The notes beneath the pieces are model-generated. The model searched no databases. It was not told the DNA's origin and saw nothing but the letters and a program-made list of their open reading frames with translations. Below are positions 51,134-60,726 of a stretch of DNA of 64,000 nt, piece after piece. Where the stretch lies: NCBI GenBank assembly GCA_964632485.1, contig CAZWDO010000004.1:62001-126000 (forward strand), given 5' to 3'. Origin of the DNA: an uncultured bacterium (GTDB lineage: Bacteria; JAGOEH01). The stretch's first letter is position 1, and each line of letters starts with the position of its first letter. Both the position numbers and the translations under genes were made by a program.

Positions 51134-51173
51134 AAAGCCCCCTGTCCATATCTGGTCAGGGGGTTTTTATTTT
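51134..51173 (+). terminator. Intrinsic terminator
   Basis: AAAGCCCCCTG...CAGGGGGTTTTTATTTT. Confidence 0.8.
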
Positions 51174-51381
51174 CCGTAAACTGGAAATTTATTACCTGCT
51201 ATTTTAGAGACTATAATGTTTGAAAAAAAACTTAACTATAAACACCGGCAAATCAAATATCTTCTGAATTTTTTTGATCTATTATTACATTTATGGACAT
51301 CATTTCCAAATCCTCAGTACCATCCGTAATGATATTCATAGAAAAAATATTAAAAAATCCTAGGTTTCCGACCATCTAAAG

Positions 51382-52860
51382 TTAAAACTGGAAATAGATA
51401 AAAGGAACGATTTCAGATGATGATATCTGGATTACAATCCAAATCGTCATGGCGAGTACAGCCGATTTAAGCGGCCAAGGTGTCAAGATAAAATAATTCA
51501 TGATTTTTTTTATAACTGTTTCAGATATAAAATGCGAAAAAAATCCCAAAACAAGCAGAGCGCTAACAACAGGATACCCAACTAACCATTCTCTTCCAAT
51601 TTGCGGATTAAAGGCCAATGCGATCCGCTTAAGGACCAACCAGGCATCAGCAAACGAAGTAGCGCGAAAAAAAATCCAGCAGAAACAAACAAAATGAAAG
51701 GTCCAAAACCATGCCAATCCTTTTGACCACCATCGAGTAGGGTTCAAGTATGATGGGAAAATAGTGGCAAGTTTTTTTTCAACTGCCAGTATCGAACCAT
51801 GCATTGCGCCCCAAAACACAAATTTCCAGTTTGCTCCATGCCATAATCCTCCCAACAGCATCGTTAGTAATAAATTAATATAAGTACGCCAGGGTCCCTT
51901 ACGATTCCCACCCAAGCCATAATACAAGTAGTCGCGTAACCAGGATGACAGGGAAATATGCCAGCGTCGCCAAAAATCAGTCAAAGATAAGGACTGATAG
52001 GGCAATCGAAAATTTTCAGGCAAATGGAAACCCATCAGCAGTCCCAAACCGATCGCCATATCGGAATACCCGGAAAAATCGCAATAAATCTGAACGGCGT
52101 ACCCATAAACAGCCATTAAATTTTCAAAACCACTATATAAGGCAGGTTGGTCGAATACTCGGTCCACAAAATTAACGCTGATATAATCTGAGATAACCGC
52201 TTTTTTAAACAAACCGCCAATAATCAACGCGAGTCCCCTGCCAATATCATTATCGCTAAGTACAATTTTTTTTCGAATTTGGGGGATAAAATCAATGGCC
52301 CGCACAATCGGGCCGGCTACCAATTGGGGAAAAAATGCAACAAAGAAACCGAAATCCAGGATACTTTTCACCGGTTTCATTCGCCCCCGATAAATATCGA
52401 TTGAATAGCTTAGGGTCTGAAATGTATAAAACGAAATCCCGACGGGAAGAAAAATATCCGTAGAATGCCACTCTTTACCAAGGAAATAGTATCCGGTTGC
52501 CAAAAAAAAATTTGTGTATTTAAAGTAACCCAAAATACTAAGATTAGAAATTAGACTGGCTGCCAACAGCCATTTTGCCCGAAAAGTACCACGGTTCCTA
52601 TCGATTGCAAAAACGAGACTATAATCAATGACAGTGCTTAACAATAAAATCCAAAACCAGCATCCACTGCTTTTATAATAGAAAAATACAGAAAACAAAA
52701 ATAGATATAACGTTCGGATCGTCACCTGGTCTTTAATGAAAATGAATACTAAATAGAAAATGATGAATCCAATAAAAAAGTAGCTGCTGTTGAAAAGCAG
52801 TGGTTGCTCTGGATTATATAGAAAAATATTGAGGATTTGGTTAGACAAATCAACGGGCAT
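51382..52860 (-). CDS. MBOAT O-acyltransferase (AlgI/PatA-like)
   Basis: LPVGISFYTFQ, FPQLVAGPI, DFSGYSDMA, WRRWHISLS, GLWHGA, terminal PFIYFQF; probable ATG at 52860. Confidence 0.93.
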   Translation of the reverse strand: MPVDLSNQILNIFLYNPEQPLLFNSSYFFIGFIIFYLVFIFIKDQVTIRTLYLFLFSVFFYYKSSGCWFWILLLSTVIDYSLVFAIDRNRGTFRAKWLLAASLISNLSILGYFKYTNFFLATGYYFLGKEWHSTDIFLPVGISFYTFQTLSYSIDIYRGRMKPVKSILDFGFFVAFFPQLVAGPIVRAIDFIPQIRKKIVLSDNDIGRGLALIIGGLFKKAVISDYISVNFVDRVFDQPALYSGFENLMAVYGYAVQIYCDFSGYSDMAIGLGLLMGFHLPENFRLPYQSLSLTDFWRRWHISLSSWLRDYLYYGLGGNRKGPWRTYINLLLTMLLGGLWHGANWKFVFWGAMHGSILAVEKKLATIFPSYLNPTRWWSKGLAWFWTFHFVCFCWIFFRATSFADAWLVLKRIALAFNPQIGREWLVGYPVVSALLVLGFFSHFISETVIKKIMNYFILTPWPLKSAVLAMTIWIVIQISSSEIVPFIYFQF

Positions 52861-54358
52861 ATTGACTAAATGCCTCCCGTAGCGCAATTTCCAATAATTT
52901 TCCCTGCAACTCATATCCTTCTCTCGTGAAATGAATAAGATCGGATTGAGCCAGCCGATATTTTTTCCATTGCTGTAAAGAGCCTGAACCACCCATAATC
53001 GAAAAAAAATCCCACACTGCGATCTTTTGCTGGGCCCCGTACTCGCAAATGGCTCGCGCCAGGAGCTCCATTCTGACTGAATGTGAACGCACTTTCTTTT
53101 TGATATCCGGTGGAGTCGTTAGCAGCAGGCAGCATTGTGGATTGAGCGCCTTAATTCGGGAAATCAGAGTATCCAATCTGGCAATAAATTCCTCTTTATT
53201 AAAAGGAGTTTCCAAAATATCATTCGTACCCAACGATATTATAATTAAATCACTGTTCAATTCAGCTAATTGATCGATAAATTGATCTGCCTGAAGATAA
53301 TGCCGAAGTTGAGCGCCATTCACGCCGATCATATTGTAAACCACTCCAGACCTATTTTTCTTTTCGAGATATATGCCATGAACGATCAAATCACCCTTGG
53401 TTTGTAACCCACGCAAGTAAAAATGATCAACCGGAGTATCCAAATCAACAACTACTTTTTGAAACGAACGCGAAGCAATAGAGGTTTCAATCCGCTGATA
53501 ATCGATAAAATCTGTTTCATAGTTCGGGAGGCTTTGTTTGCTGTATCCAACAATTTTCAGTTTGGCGCCCGCTCGGATACGGTCGCTATTCAAACCATTC
53601 CATTTTTTAAGCTCTTTTACTGAACAATGATATTTCCTGGCAATAGATCCAAGAGACTCCCCTTTTTTTATTGAATGACAAGAAGTTTGTTTCTTCTGGC
53701 TCATCCGTTGCGTAATAGCGGAGTCTGTGCTGGCGCTAATCGCAAATGGCATTAATTGCTTTTGACTGGTAAAATATAGCGTAATGCGATCGAATGTTTG
53801 GACTATTGTATCCGACCTATATGGGGCGGTCCGGGTACCAATTTTCAATACAAAATTGTTATCATCGGTTTGCATGGCCATTCCGCAAATACCCAAAGGT
53901 AATCTATTGTTGCCATAGATGGTCCGCTGAAAATTCCAATCGGCATTCGAAGCTGAACGGATATCCAAAGGGCCATTGGTGCCTGCCGCTTGATAAGGAA
54001 AGATCAAACCCCGCCCAGCATCGCCAAATGCTGACTGCAGCTTCTGCCGCAATAAAGAAGTTAAATAATCCGTTTGCAAATGACTATCCCCGATATGGGT
54101 AATACAAATTCTATCAGAACCATCAAGGATGGAATTTTGAATTTTTTCGAAAAATGGATAGAGAGACTCACCATTCTGTATTAAATTACTTTTGAATTGC
54201 AAAAATGAATAACGGCTCGGAGATTGTTCGGGTTCCAGCCATCGTTCGAGGCAAATTTCGCGCAAATGCGAATTCCCTCTATCTAAATCTTTGCCAATCA
54301 AAGGATAGCACATAACAAAAAAAAAGAGAACAATACACAGATTAATACGGCGTATCAT
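52850..54358 (-). CDS. SGNH/GDSL protein with inserted LysM domain (PatB/Ape-like)
   Basis: IGDSH, LGTND, DLIHF; LysM HSIKKGESLGSIARKY...LKKWNGL...IRAGAKLKI; probable ATG at 54358. Confidence 0.85.
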   Translation of the reverse strand: MIRRINLCIVLFFFVMCYPLIGKDLDRGNSHLREICLERWLEPEQSPSRYSFLQFKSNLIQNGESLYPFFEKIQNSILDGSDRICITHIGDSHLQTDYLTSLLRQKLQSAFGDAGRGLIFPYQAAGTNGPLDIRSASNADWNFQRTIYGNNRLPLGICGMAMQTDDNNFVLKIGTRTAPYRSDTIVQTFDRITLYFTSQKQLMPFAISASTDSAITQRMSQKKQTSCHSIKKGESLGSIARKYHCSVKELKKWNGLNSDRIRAGAKLKIVGYSKQSLPNYETDFIDYQRIETSIASRSFQKVVVDLDTPVDHFYLRGLQTKGDLIVHGIYLEKKNRSGVVYNMIGVNGAQLRHYLQADQFIDQLAELNSDLIIISLGTNDILETPFNKEEFIARLDTLISRIKALNPQCCLLLTTPPDIKKKVRSHSVRMELLARAICEYGAQQKIAVWDFFSIMGGSGSLQQWKKYRLAQSDLIHFTREGYELQGKLLEIALREAFSQYAR

Positions 54359-54374
54359 TTGAATAAACCCAATA

Positions 54375-55910
54375 TTAATGTTTATGATAAATTCCATTGC
54401 TACTCATCGGTTTGTAATCGTCTGTCGAATCAGTTAAAAAATCAGCAAGAATGGAAGCAATCCGGCGGCTCCCACGGTGATTAAAATGAGTATAATCCTT
54501 ATTCGCCCATTCTTTTTTTTCCACCCAGTCGACCATGCTGCCTTCTCCCCCCATAGCCGAAAACAGGTCCAGGAATGCCGAATGGGTCAGCATCGCAGCC
54601 TCGCGTTGAGCTTTTACTAAATTCCACAACTCAGGAATTGTCCGCATTTCATTCTCAACTTTAATGGCTTTATCAGCGACACCGACAATCAGAATCGGCG
54701 TATTCGGAAAAGATTTCTGGAAATGCCGGATGACCCTCGTCATCCCCCGACGATACCAGCTATAGTTTTTAATCTGTTCATCAAGAACGTTTGTACCAAA
54801 ATGCAACACAATCAAATCATAATCCATCAATGTCTGAAATCCTTGGATAATATCGGGTTTTATTTTACGCAGTAACGTACCTGAAATCCCCCGTAACGCA
54901 AAATTATCAATCAATACTCCGGTTTCACTTTCAAAACTGACACCAAAAACTGGGGAAACAGGCAAGACATGAAATACCAGCTCCACCTTGTTTACTGGCT
55001 GATCAAACAAAGGAATCCGATTAACTGCATAATGAGAGGACATATAAATTTTTCTAAAGATCCCGCTGGATTTAACTTCGATCCAATTGGACGAATCCTC
55101 TTGAGAACTTGAGTTCATACCTTCCAGTATCCTCCCTGTTGACCCATAGTAAAGAAAACCGCGGGAAAATTGATTGACACCCGGAAATTTTGATGATGTC
55201 CGATAAGTGATGGATGGAGATTCCCCGCAATTTGTGTCTACCGCGAAGACTTCTCCTGAGATACCTAAAGGGAAATGGATAGCGTCCGTATCTTTTACGC
55301 TATGGTACAACCAGCCCGCCGAAAATTCATGAAAGACTGTGATTCGGAAATGGTTGACAATAGATGTGATCGGCACCCACCCCACACCGCTGCCGCCATA
55401 ACGGGTTTGCAAAATATGCCGCAAATGGCTGGTGATCAAATCCCCTTCAATCATAGAATCGCCCCAATAGCCGATGCGAACCTGCGTGGATTCTGCCTGT
55501 TCCAATTTCTTAAAAAATTGGCCCAAGCGCGGTTTTTCCGAGTAGTGAACAGTTGAATCGCGGAAACTATTTAATTTTATCCGATCCTCCTGTTCTTGTA
55601 TTTTTTCAGAGAGTTGAATTTCTGACGAGATAGACAGTGGCATTGAAGATATCGTATCATTTTTTGTAGAAACATAGTCATCTGAATCAACTATTTCATT
55701 TAATAGATAAATGCGGTCAGCTTCAGACATGAAATACTTCGCTGAAGAAGAAAAAGATGTATCAAAATTCCAAATTTGTCTTGAAAAAGGTGGGTCCTTA
55801 AAATTTTCCTGCAAAAAATCAATTCTTGAATATAGATACGAATAACATAAAAGAATTAAAGCCGTTAAAAATCCAATCATCCATACTTTATAAAATGAAT
55901 TTAGCTTCAT
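54375..55910 (-). CDS. Membrane-anchored SGNH/GDSL protein (PatB-like)
   Basis: N-terminal TM; WGDSMIEGD, FGTN, DYTHF; start uncertain (55910 or 56018). Confidence 0.82.
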   Translation of the reverse strand: MKLNSFYKVWMIGFLTALILLCYSYLYSRIDFLQENFKDPPFSRQIWNFDTSFSSSAKYFMSEADRIYLLNEIVDSDDYVSTKNDTISSMPLSISSEIQLSEKIQEQEDRIKLNSFRDSTVHYSEKPRLGQFFKKLEQAESTQVRIGYWGDSMIEGDLITSHLRHILQTRYGGSGVGWVPITSIVNHFRITVFHEFSAGWLYHSVKDTDAIHFPLGISGEVFAVDTNCGESPSITYRTSSKFPGVNQFSRGFLYYGSTGRILEGMNSSSQEDSSNWIEVKSSGIFRKIYMSSHYAVNRIPLFDQPVNKVELVFHVLPVSPVFGVSFESETGVLIDNFALRGISGTLLRKIKPDIIQGFQTLMDYDLIVLHFGTNVLDEQIKNYSWYRRGMTRVIRHFQKSFPNTPILIVGVADKAIKVENEMRTIPELWNLVKAQREAAMLTHSAFLDLFSAMGGEGSMVDWVEKKEWANKDYTHFNHRGSRRIASILADFLTDSTDDYKPMSSNGIYHKH

Positions 55911-56038
55911 TGGGTAGTTTGTGGGTCCATGCCGGTTTTGCTTTAAGTTTAATAAAATTCTTTGTTTACCAGAGAAACCAATCGCAGCAATTCTGATTGC
56001 ATTCTGAATTTGCATCAAACGATTCTGCTGAATAGCTA

Positions 56039-56068
56039 AATATAATAAATTATTAAAGGATTTGTCAA
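56039..56068 (-). promoter_or_regulatory. Sigma70-type promoter for the O-acylation cluster
   Basis: TTGACA-18-TATATT on the minus strand. Confidence 0.5.
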
Positions 56069-56117
56069 GACTTTTTAGCGTAATAAATTCATTTATTCCG
56101 ATATTGATGCCATAAAT

Positions 56118-57680
56118 TTATTGAAGACATATCATCTGCCTGGTCGCAACGAAAGATTTTGCGCTTAACGTATAATAGTAGATTCCACTTGGCCTATTTT
56201 CACCTGCCCAAAGGAAACTGTGATTTCCAACGGGTAAATACTCATCTACTAAAATGGTAATTAGCTCGCCTACCAGATTATAGATTTTTATTACTGCATG
56301 ACTTGGTTCAGGCATAAAAAAAGTAATTTTCGTCGAGGTATTGAAGGGATTGGGAAAATTTTGGTTTAGGCGATAATGCCGGGACATCCCCGGATTACCG
56401 GAATGGCCGGTTTCCATTCCAGTAGAACCTCCGATGTCCCGGACCAGACGCTCATAATTATAGATGCGGATCACGTCCCCCTGAGGCCCATGACCATAGG
56501 GATAATCCGTCGGATCGCCCGTTTTGGGGTCGCTACGCTGGGCGCCGGTGCCATGCACATCCAGCAATTGATAGCCACTCTGGTTAAAGCTCATCCAGCC
56601 CAGAGCTTGACCGAATGCCACATACGCCGCATTGGCGCCGTTTACCATATTAGCGTGCGTCGTGCTACTCCAATAAAAGGGATAGTTCTCATTCCCCCCC
56701 TCATCCGTTATCACTGAACAGTAAAACAGCGGATCAATGGCCGGTGTGCCGCTAGTAGTTGGGGAGCGGGTATAGTCAATAATACTTTGCAATTCCTTGA
56801 CGTTCGGTAATCGCCAGTCATTGTAGCCCAGGTCATTATCTGAATTTTTTTGCTGAACCCAGCTCAGAGCTTCCTGCCAGTTTAACCCCATTTCACTATC
56901 GAACTGCTGCCACATCAAACCAGTGGCGTTATCGTTGATCGTCCCATCGCCATTATCGCTGAATTCATTGATACCATAACTGGCATTCCCCCTGACGTAC
57001 TTTATATAGAAACTCTTATCCGATCCATGGAGGCTTAACCCATAGCCCTTAATGCGGCCATCGGCGAAATTTACCCCAAACACGGTTTCATCTCCCAGCA
57101 TTGTAGTTCCCACATAGCGTGTCGCTGAGGCATATTGCGCGTCGATAATCCGTTCGCCGGAATTCACATCGCCAAATCCGAATATAAAATAGTCCGTATC
57201 GATAAAGGGCGTCAACAAATCGGTATCCGTCCCTTCCCAACCACTCGGATCAAGCCCACTGAACAGAATCAACGAATAGAGCTCCTTGATCGAAGGCAGC
57301 CGCCAGTCATTGTACCCGCCCAGATTAAAAGAAGCCGCCCCGGCAAGGGCGTCGTCTAATGTTATTTTATCAGCGGCATCAATATCCCCGTCCCCATCCA
57401 AGTCCGCGCTCTTATGCCACATCAACCCAGTGATCAAGTCACTGACAGTTCCATCGCCATTATCCTGATAGTGCGGTTGATTTCCATCGTATTGCGCATC
57501 CTGGCCGTAGAATACCTGGCCAGAAGATGGGGCGGATATCGGGAAATTGGCATTGTAACAAGTTTTCTGCCCGGTGTCAACAATCTTGTAACTCTGCGCA
57601 TAACCAGTCAGTGCTGATAATGCCGATATCAACAGCATCGTTAGCCATCCGGATAATAACCTATTCCTACTCCTATTCAT
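56118..57680 (-). CDS. Secreted tandem DUF1566 (Lcl-like) protein with T9SS-type C-terminal domain
   Basis: Two copies of DNGDGT..D..TGLMW...GYNDWRLP..KEL.S(L/I)I; C-terminal NFPNPFNTST...SGIYYY. Confidence 0.88.
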   Translation of the reverse strand: MNRSRNRLLSGWLTMLLISALSALTGYAQSYKIVDTGQKTCYNANFPISAPSSGQVFYGQDAQYDGNQPHYQDNGDGTVSDLITGLMWHKSADLDGDGDIDAADKITLDDALAGAASFNLGGYNDWRLPSIKELYSLILFSGLDPSGWEGTDTDLLTPFIDTDYFIFGFGDVNSGERIIDAQYASATRYVGTTMLGDETVFGVNFADGRIKGYGLSLHGSDKSFYIKYVRGNASYGINEFSDNGDGTINDNATGLMWQQFDSEMGLNWQEALSWVQQKNSDNDLGYNDWRLPNVKELQSIIDYTRSPTTSGTPAIDPLFYCSVITDEGGNENYPFYWSSTTHANMVNGANAAYVAFGQALGWMSFNQSGYQLLDVHGTGAQRSDPKTGDPTDYPYGHGPQGDVIRIYNYERLVRDIGGSTGMETGHSGNPGMSRHYRLNQNFPNPFNTSTKITFFMPEPSHAVIKIYNLVGELITILVDEYLPVGNHSFLWAGENRPSGIYYYTLSAKSFVATRQMICLQ

Positions 57681-57811
57681 AATAGATCTCCTTTGCTTTA
57701 AATTCCAGGTACAAAAACATTGTGTATTTGCAGAAATAATATTTTAGCATAATCTTTTATTAGACTTTATTTTAAAAAATTAGTTTAAATTTTACGGAAT
57801 AATTTTATAAC

Positions 57812-57840
57812 TTGACTTAAATCAAAAAAAACATTAAACT
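57812..57840 (+). promoter_or_regulatory. Sigma70-type promoter
   Basis: TTGACT-17-TAAACT. Confidence 0.55.
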
Positions 57841-57923
57841 ATATATAGTAAAGAAAACTTTGTTTTTCCGGTTTTTCCATGGTTCCAACTAATATTAAAA
57901 TTGATTTCAAGGACTGAGACAAA

Positions 57924-60695
57924 GTGATAAAATTCGCCATTGTTTTTATTTTCTTCTTCTTTACCCTGGTACTGTTTTCAGAGCCTAAAACTAATACTTT
58001 ATGTGAATTTAATAAATTCCCCAGAACAGCCAGTCAATCCATACAAAAAGCCAAAGGTTCAACAGTTTTACCAGCCGATTTACCTATAGTAGAAATTGTT
58101 TCTAAAACACCCGGGAAGAGTAGCTTCCAAAAAGATCCATTTTTTCCGAATCGAGCAGCCCACTTCCATAAAAAAGCATCAGAGCCGCTTTCAATTATTC
58201 GAGGCCCCTTTGTTTATTTAAACAGCTCGACATGGGCGTTAATGGAAATCAAAACCCAGGGAATACTCTCCCAGGCTCTAATACACTATGGGGCAACTTA
58301 TACTACATTAGAACACAACCAATATCTTTTCCCTTATACAAAATTAGGAATCATGGACACCACATTTGATGAAAAGACCTGGGTGGAATTCAAACTGGAC
58401 AGTTTAATGCCCGGCCAGGTTATTTATTTCATGCTGGAATTGACTGATCAGAATTCGAATGCATATTATACATCTCTTTGGTATTTTGTTTCGAATAACG
58501 CCGATCTGAATACAGATTCAGTGAAGTTGCTATATGAACCGATTACCATCTCTCAATCCGATAGTATGGGGGTGGTTTTTTTTATCAGCGACATTCCGGC
58601 TCCCGGCCTGATTCAATTGAATGAGGGTTCTCCTGAAAACCATATCCTGCGGGAATATGACTATTTTCATTTCGTAATGATTCCGGAATCCTATCCAAAC
58701 CGTTTTTTATCGCCAAACACACTCTATTCCTATTTCCCAGGACATTATTTTACCGCGCTGGAAGGTTCTGGACTTAATCCGGTTCAACTCTTCACCGGAA
58801 AACCTTTTCAATTTCAAACTTCCCCCCAAACGGATATTCAGAAGCCAACCATCACCTTTGGCCCCATCAGCTTTGCCTATCAGGACAAAGCCTATGTCTA
58901 TCTGGAAACCGATGAATTGACCTATACAATTTTATACTTATGGGATACTCCCGAAATTTCCATTAAGGAACCCATCGGATCGACATCAGGCCTCTTTATC
59001 GGGAAATATCAGATATTTGAATTGCCATATTTGGACCCCGGAAAATCTTATTTTTACCAAATATATATTTTGGATCAACGCGGATATATTGCCTGGGAAC
59101 GGTTTCAGCAGGTTTTACTAACCAATCTTACCATTTGGCCGGCAGATGACAAAATTTCGTTTTCCAGCAAAATCAGCTATCCTCTACAGCCGGGATGCCA
59201 TTATCAACCCGCCGGGGTGGGTAATAATTCTTTTACAACCAGCGCCCAAGCAGACGTGACTCCCCCATCTGTTACCGATGGACCGATAGTGGTTGACCGG
59301 GGAGCTTCTCAGGCGATTATTCAATGGACCACCGATGAAGCCAGCAGCGTCATTTGTTTTTATGCAACTAAAGAAGATTTAAGCGATTTATGCTACAAGC
59401 AGGACGATAAATTTCTTACAGAACATTGGATCGGCTTAAGCAACTTGGTTCCAGACCAGGTTTATTTATTCCGTTTGCTGATTTATGATTTAAATGGCAA
59501 TTCCCAACTCATGCCGGATTCCACTTTACCGCCTTTCGCATTTAAAACATTGAGCCGGAATGATGAGAATCCTCCGGAGATCATTTCCTCTATTCAATCG
59601 CTTTATCTGGGAAACCAAACCTATCAGTTCGAATGGGAGACGAACCTTCCTGCCAACAGCCAATTATCGATCAGCCTGAATCAAAGCTATTGGCAGTCCT
59701 ATGGAGAGCAAAAACCTATAACTCATCATCGGATAATGGTATCCAGCTTAGATACCGATCAACTTTATTATATAAAAACTTATAATTCCCGTTTCAATCA
59801 TGCAGCCGTTCAATCCCCGGTTAGCCAATTTACAGCAACTGAAAAACTGGATACAAATAGCCTTCAATTCGAAGTATCCCCGGAAATCGTTTATATCGGA
59901 AATACCACCGTAATTTTTACCTGCAAGACAAATGCTTTGACATCAATCGTACTTGATTATTCCATAGATTCAACACAATGGATTACTGTTCTGGATAATC
60001 CCTATAACCAATTTCATCGGATGATAGTTTCAAATCTGGCGCCCAACCAGAACTATTATACAATTTTTAATGCTATTGACCTATATGGAAACATCATATC
60101 CACCCATATTGAATTTAAGACCGTGAACACTCCTGACAGCTCACCCCCGCAAAAACCTTCCCATATCCTTATAACACCATCCGCTTCAGGAATCCACCTG
60201 GAGTGGTCAGCCTCTCTGGAAACGGATTTAGCCGGGTATTGCATTTATGCTGGTGATGATTCAACTTCAATGAAGAAAATCATGAGCGCGATCATCGATA
60301 CTTTTTTTAATGACAATACGAATAACATCCTGGGATATTATGCTGTAAGCGCTTATGATCTGAAGATGAATGAAAGCGAATTGAGCTATGGCCTATCGCT
60401 AACCGGGATTCGCAACAATGGCGCGCTTCCCTGGGAAAACAGCCTGCAACAAAATATCCCCAACCCCTTCAACCAGTCAACATTTATCACCTATAGCCTG
60501 GCTTCATCGGCCCGGGTTGAGCTATGTTTGTATAACATACTGGGTCAAAAACTGAAAATACTGGTCAACGCTAACCAAACGGCAGGGGTCCATTCCTGTA
60601 AACTGGATGCTCTGGATTTAACCAGTGGAATTTACTTTATCAGAATGAATACGGATCAATTCAGCCAGGCGCAAAAAGTATTACTTTTAAAATAA
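57924..60695 (+). CDS. Secreted multi-FN3-like-repeat protein with T9SS-type C-terminal domain
   Basis: Signal peptide; repeated WxT(D/N)...H...L.P...Y modules; LEWSASLETDLAGY; C-terminal NIPNPFNQST...SGIYFIRM...KVLLLK. Confidence 0.8.
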   Translation: MIKFAIVFIFFFFTLVLFSEPKTNTLCEFNKFPRTASQSIQKAKGSTVLPADLPIVEIVSKTPGKSSFQKDPFFPNRAAHFHKKASEPLSIIRGPFVYLNSSTWALMEIKTQGILSQALIHYGATYTTLEHNQYLFPYTKLGIMDTTFDEKTWVEFKLDSLMPGQVIYFMLELTDQNSNAYYTSLWYFVSNNADLNTDSVKLLYEPITISQSDSMGVVFFISDIPAPGLIQLNEGSPENHILREYDYFHFVMIPESYPNRFLSPNTLYSYFPGHYFTALEGSGLNPVQLFTGKPFQFQTSPQTDIQKPTITFGPISFAYQDKAYVYLETDELTYTILYLWDTPEISIKEPIGSTSGLFIGKYQIFELPYLDPGKSYFYQIYILDQRGYIAWERFQQVLLTNLTIWPADDKISFSSKISYPLQPGCHYQPAGVGNNSFTTSAQADVTPPSVTDGPIVVDRGASQAIIQWTTDEASSVICFYATKEDLSDLCYKQDDKFLTEHWIGLSNLVPDQVYLFRLLIYDLNGNSQLMPDSTLPPFAFKTLSRNDENPPEIISSIQSLYLGNQTYQFEWETNLPANSQLSISLNQSYWQSYGEQKPITHHRIMVSSLDTDQLYYIKTYNSRFNHAAVQSPVSQFTATEKLDTNSLQFEVSPEIVYIGNTTVIFTCKTNALTSIVLDYSIDSTQWITVLDNPYNQFHRMIVSNLAPNQNYYTIFNAIDLYGNIISTHIEFKTVNTPDSSPPQKPSHILITPSASGIHLEWSASLETDLAGYCIYAGDDSTSMKKIMSAIIDTFFNDNTNNILGYYAVSAYDLKMNESELSYGLSLTGIRNNGALPWENSLQQNIPNPFNQSTFITYSLASSARVELCLYNILGQKLKILVNANQTAGVHSCKLDALDLTSGIYFIRMNTDQFSQAQKVLLLK

Positions 60696-60726
60696 TCCAA
60701 GATCAACAACCTACAAAACACTATTT

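Noticed and set aside
51216..51329. 37-codon ORF after the 51134 terminator
   Set aside because: No good SD, AT-rich intergenic context, no motif.
56380..57600. DUF1566 domains as a diversity-generating retroelement target
   Set aside because: No reverse transcriptase and no template repeat differing only at adenines seen in the window; the two DUF1566 copies differ at many non-A positions.
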